Notes: generated by a model not told the origin, from the letters alone. 64,000 bases of DNA from a virus (IMGVR_UViG_3300006226_001702:11064-75063), one strand, 5' to 3'. Shown: positions 47,705-55,721, counted from the first letter of the stretch. Numbers and translations are program-made.

Positions 47705-48292
47705 TTAGTCCACAATTATTTGGTTCAAATCATCGAACTTAATTGTGATTACCTTTTTAGCACAAAGATAATCAGCATATGCAACAATATAGTGCTCGGG
47801 TTTAGTGGGTGGCTTGCCTAACTCTTTTCCATTCTTATCAGTGTGCCAACGACTCATGTGCGTGTCAACTATATCGGCTATCAATGGCCAATAAATAGAA
47901 TCAGCAAACTTGCTTCTAATAGCATCACCCATCATAATAGCATGTTCATTGTGAATGTACTTCTGATCTTTTTCAGTGTACTTTTTCATATCGTGAAGAA
48001 GAGCACCAATGTAAATGATGTCCCATTCTATGTCATTGTCATACTTTGGGTCTTGCTGTAACATTAGTTCAGTCAATTTACAAACGGCTCTCGTGTGTCT
48101 TAAAAGACCACCCACCCCGTTTGACCAAGGTGGGTGATATTTCCCGCTGCTACTTGCCGGCGCATCACAAATGTAATCAGAACATTCCATTAGAAGTGCT
48201 TTACAATCGATGCGTAGATATTCTGTTTTGATTTTTTCAATTTCAGTCTTAAAACAGTTTAGTATTCTTCTTCCCATAAGTCTGGATGGCAA
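47705..48292 (-). CDS. HD-domain phosphohydrolase (paralog B), candidate RNA 3'-end healing enzyme
   Basis: SSSGKYHPPWS...LLRHTRAV...ALLHDMKKY; paralogous to 35175..35786. Confidence 0.65.
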   Translation of the reverse strand: MPSRLMGRRILNCFKTEIEKIKTEYLRIDCKALLMECSDYICDAPASSSGKYHPPWSNGVGGLLRHTRAVCKLTELMLQQDPKYDNDIEWDIIYIGALLHDMKKYTEKDQKYIHNEHAIMMGDAIRSKFADSIYWPLIADIVDTHMSRWHTDKNGKELGKPPTKPEHYIVAYADYLCAKKVITIKFDDLNQIIVD

Positions 48293-48591
48293 CCAATTGG
48301 TCCGTCATTTGTAGATAATTCTTGATCTTCAAATGGGAAGACACCATTTCTTGCCGCTATCTCCTTCTCGCTTCTCAACTTCATCCAAGTTGGTTTTGGT
48401 GCAATCACTTTGAAACAACATATTGGTACGTTGTTCAAATGGAGATATTCAGCTGCTGCTCTATAATCCTCAGGAAAACGAGATACATATATTTGATAGT
48501 TCAACCTAACGTCTTCTGAGAAATAAAAATATACAATTTCATCTGCGTATTCTAGGTAAACAGACTCTTCATTAAGTCGTTCTATAATCAT
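48259..48591 (-). CDS. hypothetical protein
   Basis: 110-aa ORF within the RNA-repair operon. Confidence 0.4.
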   Translation of the reverse strand: MIIERLNEESVYLEYADEIVYFYFSEDVRLNYQIYVSRFPEDYRAAAEYLHLNNVPICCFKVIAPKPTWMKLRSEKEIAARNGVFPFEDQELSTNDGPIGCHPDLWEEEY

Positions 48592-48618
48592 TTTAGGCTC
48601 CTATTCATTTAGTTCAAT

Positions 48619-49131
48619 TTACCTATTTACGTTAATGAAATCAATCAGCTTTTCTATATCTCCATCATATTTATGATACACCAAATCACTATTTTCAATT
48701 CTATCAATACAGTTGTGATATTTAATGAACTTATTCTCGATGATACTATCAGTCAAAGCTGATCTATCCTTTCCCTTTTCTAAATCAGTTGCTACGCGCT
48801 TCTGACAAAGCTTCAAATCTTTACTGTCTTCCATTAAGATGAAAATGACTTTACATGGAAAAATCGCTTTGTATCTAACGAGATTCTTAAACGATATATT
48901 CATCGCATTAAAGTACACTGTCTTATCATCGATGATAGCATCTAAAGCTCTTTCCTCAGCAATCTTGAATATCTTATGTCCGTCACGCTGTTCATTCACA
49001 TCACCGAAAACTTCTCTTCTAATATCGTCTGGTTCTATATTAACGAGATCGTCTAATCGTTTTTCCAACTGCTCTTTTAAGTGGCTTTTCCCACTACCAG
49101 GAATTCCCACAGTCATAACTACTAATGCCAT
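48619..49131 (-). CDS. polynucleotide 5'-kinase (T4 Pnk kinase-domain-like P-loop protein)
   Basis: MTVGIPGSGKSHL...IEPDDIRREV parallels the T4 Pnk N-terminus LTIGCPGSGKST...NINRDDYRQS; no DxDGT phosphatase domain. Confidence 0.6.
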   Translation of the reverse strand: MALVVMTVGIPGSGKSHLKEQLEKRLDDLVNIEPDDIRREVFGDVNEQRDGHKIFKIAEERALDAIIDDKTVYFNAMNISFKNLVRYKAIFPCKVIFILMEDSKDLKLCQKRVATDLEKGKDRSALTDSIIENKFIKYHNCIDRIENSDLVYHKYDGDIEKLIDFINVNR

Positions 49132-49799
49132 TTATCTACTCCACTAACATATACTTCGTTCTTTTCCCATTTTTTAGTCCAATGCTCATCCGTTTGAACA
49201 TGATTAGCTCTAACGTACTTAGCGATATTTTCATCCCAATCAGCTTCAAGAAACTCATCGGCATTTCTTAACACATAACCTTCATGATGCTCTTCATTAA
49301 ATGCATCTTTCCAAACTCTTTCAGGCAAACCTCTTGGCATTGCGCTATTTAGAATAACAGGCACAGTTTCCAAATTAAGCAATTCACACCATTCCATCGT
49401 TTCTTCCCAAGATAGAACGCCAAACTTATCCGTAATCATAAACACTTGAAATAGCGGAACATGAGAATATCTAATCGAATGACAGGCATACAAGTTTTCA
49501 CCAATGATTCTCATTTCAGGTGGAATGTTACAGAACAATTTTCTCGCTATGTAATTGATGTCCCGTCTCCATTTGGCTGATTGATCACTGTCTAAACTTC
49601 GAGCATGAACGTAATCATAACCAATTACAGTGCATTCTCCATCCATTTTTTCAGTCATTAGAATTGGCCCAGAAGGACAGAAGATGTCATTCTTTCTATC
49701 ATCTTTAGTCAATCCCTTCGAGTTCGGTAAGTGTCCAATGCGAGGAAACTTACGCTTGTACTTTAGTGCTATCTCCGAGGAAGTTTCCGTCTTCATCAA
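49122..49799 (-). CDS. ATP-dependent RNA ligase (Rnl2/Rnl5-like adenylyltransferase domain)
   Basis: Motif I TEKMDGE (KxDG) and motif IV HHEGYVLR. Confidence 0.6.
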   Translation of the reverse strand: MMKTETSSEIALKYKRKFPRIGHLPNSKGLTKDDRKNDIFCPSGPILMTEKMDGECTVIGYDYVHARSLDSDQSAKWRRDINYIARKLFCNIPPEMRIIGENLYACHSIRYSHVPLFQVFMITDKFGVLSWEETMEWCELLNLETVPVILNSAMPRGLPERVWKDAFNEEHHEGYVLRNADEFLEADWDENIAKYVRANHVQTDEHWTKKWEKNEVYVSGVDKWH

Positions 49800-50478
49800 A
49801 CTTTTCAGGATTATCCCACCTGCTCCAATATAAGTCTACATATTTTCCATCATCATCTTGTAAATCGTATGAATAGTCCATGCGATGATCCACTTCTAAT
49901 TCGTCGGCATCACCATACTCATCAGAACGATTTGCAACATAATTTCCTTCACCAAATAACCAATGGAAAATTGAGTCATTGTCTTCAAAAATCATCCAGT
50001 AATTATCAGTTCTATCAAACCACTGTGACTGATGATCGATATGCCCGCTCATTTTGGCCTTATTCATTGAATAGTTTTCTTCAGTTAAAAGCCAATTGAT
50101 GTTAGTCACATTTGGAATGTTGTCTTTAATCACAGTTTCAAGCATCAATACTTCATCAACATCTCTGTCATAAATCTTTCTAACATCATCACTCATATTC
50201 TTAACGAAGTCTTTATGAAAATCAGCAGCTTTATTTATCCTAACTCTTTGAAGTCTTTCCGCTAAAAGCCAAGCAAAGTTTAGTCGGCTACCGAAGTCTT
50301 TGTAGTTTTCTCGCTGCCTACCAAAATCAACCTCACCACCAAATGTGAAAGGCACATATAAAGTGCTTGGGTCTTTATACATCTTTGGCATGTGAGGAAT
50401 TACATAAATACCTTCTCCACCAAAAACGAGAAACGAACTACTTGAACTGTTACTAACGAAACCTGCTCTAACTTTCAT
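49750..50478 (-). CDS. MKIRxGFVSNSSSSSF-family protein (member 4, 242 aa)
   Basis: MKVRAGFVSNSSSSSFLVFG; body homologous to member 3 over the TFGG..F...Y..F..RLN segment; acidic C-terminus. Confidence 0.6.
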   Translation of the reverse strand: MKVRAGFVSNSSSSSFLVFGGEGIYVIPHMPKMYKDPSTLYVPFTFGGEVDFGRQRENYKDFGSRLNFAWLLAERLQRVRINKAADFHKDFVKNMSDDVRKIYDRDVDEVLMLETVIKDNIPNVTNINWLLTEENYSMNKAKMSGHIDHQSQWFDRTDNYWMIFEDNDSIFHWLFGEGNYVANRSDEYGDADELEVDHRMDYSYDLQDDDGKYVDLYWSRWDNPEKFDEDGNFLGDSTKVQA

Positions 50479-50479
50479 C

Positions 50480-50722
50480 TTAATCTCCTATATAAGAAAA
50501 TCGGCTAACCCATTCTCCATTAACATTTACTTTTTCAGTCCACATTTCAATTGGACGAGCCCAAATTTGTCCACCTTCAGACTGATATATGACTAACCAG
50601 TCATCAGTTTCCGTGTGTCGTGCTGTATGAATGGCTGTGTAAATGCCACCCTTATAATGTTTATACTTGCCCATTTTCAGCATTTTTAGCCTCCTCATAT
50701 TGTTCGGCCGAAGTGTACACAT
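50480..50722 (-). CDS. DUF1653-like small protein
   Basis: KYKHYKGGIYTAIHTARHTETDDWLVIYQSEGGQIWARPIEMW pattern; true start probably MGKYKHYK. Confidence 0.45.
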   Translation of the reverse strand: MCTLRPNNMRRLKMLKMGKYKHYKGGIYTAIHTARHTETDDWLVIYQSEGGQIWARPIEMWTEKVNVNGEWVSRFSYIGD

Positions 50723-50848
50723 TTACTTCTAAGCCAGTTTTACCACAGACGTTCTCACTGAGAAAATCACACATCACACCTTCTAAATGTCCCCAAGACT
50801 TTCCATTTTCAAAGCAGGGCTCTTTACAACCACACAGCATAAATTCTC

Positions 50849-51157
50849 CTAATCAAATAATTCTCCATTTTCAGAATCAACATATTCACTAAATTGGTCA
50901 CCCTTAAAATGAATAGTCATTCTATCTTTTTGACGCTGAAACATTTCAATCATCTCTTCAAAAGATGATGTCACATTTTGTACTCTAATTTGCCAATAGT
51001 AGTCTGGTTTGTATCTCACTTGAATGTCAGCATTCTTTTTGTCGGCAAAAGCATTTGCATCCTCTCTAGTCAAGAACACATGAAAATGCTCAGGCTTAAC
51101 GCCAAATCCTGCTTCACATTCAAAATCAATTGCAACGACATACATAATCAATTCCAA
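50849..51157 (-). CDS. hypothetical protein
   Basis: 102-aa ORF. Confidence 0.4.
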   Translation of the reverse strand: MELIMYVVAIDFECEAGFGVKPEHFHVFLTREDANAFADKKNADIQVRYKPDYYWQIRVQNVTSSFEEMIEMFQRQKDRMTIHFKGDQFSEYVDSENGELFD

Positions 51158-51567
51158 AATTTGATTTCAATATTCTTGTCTTTGAACTCTTTTGGCATAG
51201 CAGTTCTCAATGCGCCTTCAATTCTGCCGCCACCATCACCACCATCTTTAATCGTAACTTCATGCACAAACTTCCAGTTGTCAAAGAATGGCTTCCAAAT
51301 TGCTTCGCATTCCTCAGTTAGTCCTTCACTCCACCAGTTGTTCTTGACATGAACTAAAAAGCTATTCCAATCAGGCCAAGTGTTGTGGTCCTCAAGTTCA
51401 TAAACGGCGTATCGTCTAAGCTCTCTGATGAGCATACGAGCCGCACCATGTGCTGGAAAGATCTCTTCCCAGTTGTCTTCAATCGTTTGCTCAAATGAGC
51501 TACAATTTGAACCAACTATAAACGAGCTGCTTGAACTGTTACTAACAAAACTTGTCCTAATCTTCAT
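51148..51567 (-). CDS. MKIRxGFVSNSSSSSF-family protein (member 5)
   Basis: Start set at MKIRTSFVSNSSSSSFIVG; stop of the upstream member lies 2 nt before this ATG. Confidence 0.6.
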   Translation of the reverse strand: MKIRTSFVSNSSSSSFIVGSNCSSFEQTIEDNWEEIFPAHGAARMLIRELRRYAVYELEDHNTWPDWNSFLVHVKNNWWSEGLTEECEAIWKPFFDNWKFVHEVTIKDGGDGGGRIEGALRTAMPKEFKDKNIEIKFWN

Positions 51568-51568
51568 T

Positions 51569-51952
51569 TTAGCCTTCCTCAATACCCATAAACAATTTGA
51601 TGGGCCATTTCTTCTTAATCAACTTAATTGCCGGAGTTTCAGCTTGTAATTGGCTGATAAACTCTTTTGGGTCAATTTCACTAACTTCATCAAATCCATA
51701 GAATCCTTTCAAGCTAATGTTTTCCCCAACGTAAACTGAATCACCATCAGGTGCCACCTCACATGATATATAAGATAATTCACCCTCATCAGCAAATGCA
51801 ATCATATCATAGAGATCAATATCGTCTAATTCTTCATCTTCTTTTAACTGGTAATCTATCAATTCGGCAAAGTCCGCCTTAGTGATATGCGCACCAAGAA
51901 TTAGAAAAGAGCTTGAAGAACTGTTACTAACGAATCCATTTCTAATTTTCAT
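51569..51952 (-). CDS. MKIRxGFVSNSSSSSF-family protein (member 6)
   Basis: MKIRNGFVSNSSSSSFLILG; ATG overlaps the upstream stop (TGATG). Confidence 0.6.
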   Translation of the reverse strand: MKIRNGFVSNSSSSSFLILGAHITKADFAELIDYQLKEDEELDDIDLYDMIAFADEGELSYISCEVAPDGDSVYVGENISLKGFYGFDEVSEIDPKEFISQLQAETPAIKLIKKKWPIKLFMGIEEG

Positions 51953-52359
51953 CAATATCCTCCTTCTTGTTTTAACACGAGTTCATGATCAGAATAATGA
52001 ATGTCCGAGTTACATAGGATGTAATCTTCTGGTTCTCCGCCATCATCTGAAAAACTACAGAATCTAACTGTAAAGCCTTTGTCAAGAAGATCTAAAATCT
52101 CCTCATCACCATCATCCCAATCTTCATAAGAATCATATCCTTCATATTCAGCATAATCATCTCTCGTCTTTATTTCATCTTCATTTCTAATAGTGTCATA
52201 AATATGTTTTGAAAAATCGGGAAGCTTAATCGGGTAATCTTTCGGCCATTCACCAAATATTTTCTTAATCTTTTGTTCCAAATCTTTCCCATGAATTCTA
52301 TGAGCAACTAAAAATGAGCTACTACTTGAATTACTGACAAATCCGCTTCTTATCTTCAT
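51952..52359 (-). CDS. MKIRxGFVSNSSSSSF-family protein (member 7)
   Basis: MKIRSGFVSNSSSSSFLVAH, acidic body. Confidence 0.6.
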   Translation of the reverse strand: MKIRSGFVSNSSSSSFLVAHRIHGKDLEQKIKKIFGEWPKDYPIKLPDFSKHIYDTIRNEDEIKTRDDYAEYEGYDSYEDWDDGDEEILDLLDKGFTVRFCSFSDDGGEPEDYILCNSDIHYSDHELVLKQEGGY

Positions 52360-52364
52360 ATTTA

Positions 52365-52652
52365 TTACCCATCATACCATGCATTACTGAGAATGCTTGG
52401 ATTACTTTCTATCCCAAGCTCATCGAAGAGCTTTTTAGCTCTTTCAGAAAACTGATTTTTAGTTTCATCTCCACCCATTTTGGAGATGTCTAAACCAATA
52501 TAAACGCCATCCATTTCTGGTGGTGAATAAATGTCAAGACCTAATTTATAAGCCTTGCTTTCGAGTTCTTCATTAAACTCTTCTAACCATTCACCCATTA
52601 TGCAGAATGAACATGAAGAGCTATTACTAACGAATCCGCTTCTTATTTTCAT
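52365..52652 (-). CDS. MKIRxGFVSNSSSSSF-family protein (member 8)
   Basis: MKIRSGFVSNSSSCSFCIMG; ATG overlaps the stop of the membrane-protein gene (TAATG). Confidence 0.6.
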   Translation of the reverse strand: MKIRSGFVSNSSSCSFCIMGEWLEEFNEELESKAYKLGLDIYSPPEMDGVYIGLDISKMGGDETKNQFSERAKKLFDELGIESNPSILSNAWYDG

Positions 52653-53152
52653 TATCGTCTCCTCTCAGCATCTCGTAAACGCTGCTCTAATTCGGCCCTA
52701 CTTAACTCTTCAATTGGCCTTTCAGCTATAGGCCTCGTCATTACTTCAAGTCCGGAAGCCAATCTGTTTATATATTCTGGTAGATTAACTGCTGTGTTGA
52801 CTATACCTTTGATAGTTGAATCTAACGCTGTCAATGCAATATCAGGATTGTAGACACTCTCTGGATTTCTCTCAGCATAATCATCCAACACTATCGCTAC
52901 TTGTCTTGCCACAACTACTTCCTCTTTCAAATGAGGTATGTTGTAAACTGATATACAGAAGATACATAGTAAAGTCAAAAATATTGAACTTGAAACTGGA
53001 AAAAGCTTCTTGTAATTTTGATAAGTGCTCGTTCCATAACCAATACGAATCCATAAGATAATTGACCCGATAGCAGCTACCCATCCAACTGCAGTTATGG
53101 CGATGCGGAGCATCCCGATAGTAATGATAGTTTCAATAAGTTGACTATACAT
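52652..53152 (-). CDS. membrane protein (2-3 TM helices)
   Basis: Hydrophobic N-terminal half (IITIGMLRIAITAVGWVAAIGSIILWI; VSSSIFLTLLCIFCISV), charged C-terminus. Confidence 0.5.
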   Translation of the reverse strand: MYSQLIETIITIGMLRIAITAVGWVAAIGSIILWIRIGYGTSTYQNYKKLFPVSSSIFLTLLCIFCISVYNIPHLKEEVVVARQVAIVLDDYAERNPESVYNPDIALTALDSTIKGIVNTAVNLPEYINRLASGLEVMTRPIAERPIEELSRAELEQRLRDAERRR

Positions 53153-53161
53153 TATTTCCTC

Positions 53162-53251
53162 CTACTTAATTTTTAAGCATCTCAATATAATTCCCGCTAT
53201 CATTCCAGCACAGAATATCAAGATGCAAACTGTAATAAACACACCACTCAT
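53162..53251 (-). CDS. very small hydrophobic peptide
   Basis: 29 aa, MSGVFITVCILIFCAGMIAGIILRCLKIK, with GGAGA RBS at 6-nt spacing. Confidence 0.25.
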   Translation of the reverse strand: MSGVFITVCILIFCAGMIAGIILRCLKIK

Positions 53252-53420
53252 AAATGTCTCCACATATATCCTAATCCATAAGCACAAAGGCAAAGGATCA
53301 TATAAATTACTGCGAGCCACATTAGTTACCCCCGTTGCCTAACCCAATACAGAATGCGACAATACAAGCTAATATAAACAAAATGAAAATCACCATCCAA
53401 TGCATGGGCTCTCCAATTCA

Positions 53421-54647
53421 CTATACTTCGTATTCCGGGCAGCTTCTTTTTGATTCACGCAGTTTCATTCTCCATAATTCTAATCCAAAATCCCAATGAT
53501 GTTTGAAACGAACAGGCTTGTCTTTGAAATCTTCCAATGATTCACCGTTGATAACATCAAATTTGTAGCAAGGTTTCTCATTAAAGCTACAGGGATAAAA
53601 GTTTCCGTTAACATCTACATAAGAACTGAATAACCCGCTTTCACATGGTTCAATCATCTGAATCAATTCTTTCAGTCTTTCTTCTTGCATTTCGATATAA
53701 GCATTTCTGGCAAAGCTTCCACCATCTCTATCTGGGTCAGAATCTTTTTCCCATCTTTTGCCAATCTTTTCTGACACATCATCTCGTGCCCAAGCTTCAA
53801 AACGATTTGCACTACAGGAATCAAATCCAAAACCAATTGAGTTTGACATAAATAGATTAACGAGATTAGAAAAGTGTTCATCACTAAGCCGGTTGAATCC
53901 CTTTTCAGCTCGACCGCACTTTTTGAGCCCGAGCAAGACGACTGCATTTAGTCCTTCAAATCGAGCATCAGTCTTAATCATTTCGACTAACTTAAGACAT
54001 TCCTCATAAGTTTCTTCGGATATCATAAAGTGAATGTTTATTTGTTGTAGCGTTTTCTTTATGAGATAAAAGGGGGATGAATCATCCCTTTCAGTTTTAA
54101 GTTTGTTAAGCAAATCCACAGTGTCAGCAAGCACTTCAAAATCAGAATGGTAGCTTATTGCAACCCCACCAAAGTTCTGGACTATCTTAACTGCATTTGC
54201 CATAGTGAGTTGTGCAACTGTTCCATTTGGTATGATGTGATTTTCTCTGAGGTAGTCACACATTGCCCACAAGTCTGGGTTGGCTTCTGCTGTGCTGTCT
54301 AAACCAAAAGCAACTTGAGTTAGTTGCTGATTAAAGTTGACTTCATCTATCACCTTTTTGAAAGTTTCAAGAGACATATTAGTTCCCTTGGGTGTGTTTG
54401 ACTTGTAGCAGTAAGCGCAGAGTTTTCCATCAATTCCGTTGCACTTAGTTGTGACTTCAATGTCGAGGATCTCTGGCCCATAAATTGACATCTCTGGGTC
54501 ATCTTCTTCTTTTTCTCCCCAGCGAGCAAAATAGCCATTCTTTAAGTTGAAGTCATAGTTGTAGTTTTTTGACCTAAAACATTTTCTGCTTCCTTCAAGA
54601 AAGACAGTGTAATCAGTTGCTCTTTTTAAGAAATTCATTTCCGCCAT
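53421..54647 (-). CDS. radical SAM enzyme with C-terminal SPASM/twitch-like Cys-rich domain (non-canonical Cx7CxxC)
   Basis: ILDIEVTTKCNGIDGKLCAYCYK resembles the radical-SAM cluster loop (canonical CxxxCxxC with a 4-residue insertion); C-terminal CGRAEKG...DSCSANRF...EPCESG...VDVNGNFYPCSF...PCYKF includes the SPASM-type GxxxPC motif. Confidence 0.55.
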   Translation of the reverse strand: MAEMNFLKRATDYTVFLEGSRKCFRSKNYNYDFNLKNGYFARWGEKEEDDPEMSIYGPEILDIEVTTKCNGIDGKLCAYCYKSNTPKGTNMSLETFKKVIDEVNFNQQLTQVAFGLDSTAEANPDLWAMCDYLRENHIIPNGTVAQLTMANAVKIVQNFGGVAISYHSDFEVLADTVDLLNKLKTERDDSSPFYLIKKTLQQINIHFMISEETYEECLKLVEMIKTDARFEGLNAVVLLGLKKCGRAEKGFNRLSDEHFSNLVNLFMSNSIGFGFDSCSANRFEAWARDDVSEKIGKRWEKDSDPDRDGGSFARNAYIEMQEERLKELIQMIEPCESGLFSSYVDVNGNFYPCSFNEKPCYKFDVINGESLEDFKDKPVRFKHHWDFGLELWRMKLRESKRSCPEYEV

Positions 54648-54856
54648 CCTTCATTATAGAAGTCCATCTTTTGAAGAAGAGCTTCCACAGCCTCATCAAT
54701 GTTTGGTCCTTCACCCGTTATGTATTGTGATTTTTCATCCTGAACGTACATCTCAACTCGGGCTTTGTAACTATGTTTCCCTCTCAAGATATCAACATCA
54801 AATGTCATCTTATTTGAATGTGGTAAGTTGAGTTTAACTTCTACCTGTGTTTTCAT
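54635..54856 (-). CDS. hypothetical protein
   Basis: 73-aa ORF overlapping the radical SAM start by 13 nt. Confidence 0.4.
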   Translation of the reverse strand: MKTQVEVKLNLPHSNKMTFDVDILRGKHSYKARVEMYVQDEKSQYITGEGPNIDEAVEALLQKMDFYNEGWRK

Positions 54857-54994
54857 TTTGTTTCCTCATGTATAATATAAGACGGTATGCGCAAGCTTTC
54901 CAGTACAACGTGTGTGGCCGCTTGCAAAAATTTAGAAGGGAAATGATTTGATGATTCATATTCCATAATTCTCCCTAAAATTATGTTTTTGTAG

Positions 54995-55067
54995 CTCCCC
55001 AGGGAGGGTTCGAACCTCCATCAGCAGAGTCAAAGTCTGCTGTGATAACCAATTTCACTACCGGGGA
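54995..55067 (-). tRNA. tRNA-Gln (anticodon UUG)
   Basis: Acceptor TCCCCGG/CTGGGGA, D-stem GTGA/TCAC, anticodon stem GCAGA/TCTGC with loop CTTTGAC, T-arm GGAGG-TTCGAAC-CCTCC; 73 nt. Confidence 0.8.
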
Positions 55068-55070
55068 ATG

Positions 55071-55274
55071 TTACCACACTTGATTCTTAATCTGTGTTAC
55101 AGCAGCATCAAGTGCGCTTGACATTACGTCCTCTCTCGTTTCAATGTACTTCTGCATCACACTGGCGATTGCATCCTTGAAGTCATCAGTAATTTCATCA
55201 AAGATTTTATCGTCCATTTCGTACTTGATATAATCCTTAATCACACTTTTACTTGTGTCCATTCTCCATCCCAC
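55071..55274 (-). CDS. hypothetical protein
   Basis: 67-aa ORF. Confidence 0.35.
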   Translation of the reverse strand: MGWRMDTSKSVIKDYIKYEMDDKIFDEITDDFKDAIASVMQKYIETREDVMSSALDAAVTQIKNQVW

Positions 55275-55696
55275 TCATAAATGAACTGCTGTCCTCGATC
55301 TTGCCTGCGTGCTGCATTTAGCGAATGAAACTCACGATATCCAGAGCCATTTCTCCGGGGCGGGTTCCACCAAGGCGAGCCGTCTTTTTCTTTGGCTACT
55401 CTGTCAAAAAAGGAAAGTCCAGGTTTATCTTCATCCCAGGGTTCACCACGATCTCGACAGTATGAAACACACACGCCCTTGATTGGGCTTTCAAAATCAT
55501 GATGCTCTCCCATACGAGGTGATGGCCGTTCTCCTAATGAGGACAAATCACCAAGTGAAACGAGTGTATCTGCTAATTCCTGTGAATTGTAATGTTCCTG
55601 AAGAATGGGAAGATGGCCATAACCATCCCAATGACAGTAAATTGATCTGATTTTATCATCAGAACACTTAACATTTATCAGTGATCTTGTTGCCAT
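55241..55696 (-). CDS. hypothetical protein
   Basis: 151-aa ORF. Confidence 0.45.
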   Translation of the reverse strand: MATRSLINVKCSDDKIRSIYCHWDGYGHLPILQEHYNSQELADTLVSLGDLSSLGERPSPRMGEHHDFESPIKGVCVSYCRDRGEPWDEDKPGLSFFDRVAKEKDGSPWWNPPRRNGSGYREFHSLNAARRQDRGQQFIYEWDGEWTQVKV

Positions 55697-55721
55697 ATTT
55701 TAGCTCCCTTAAAAGTGATAG

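Noticed and set aside
54880-54925. Hairpin GCAAGC-N23-GCTTGC as a terminator
   Set aside because: No U-run on either strand, and the loop is too long; kept only as possible RNA structure in the 5' region of the radical SAM operon
54995-55067. Plus-strand reading of the tRNA (GGTTCGAACC is palindromic)
   Set aside because: Only the minus-strand orientation gives a paired 7-bp acceptor stem and a proper anticodon arm
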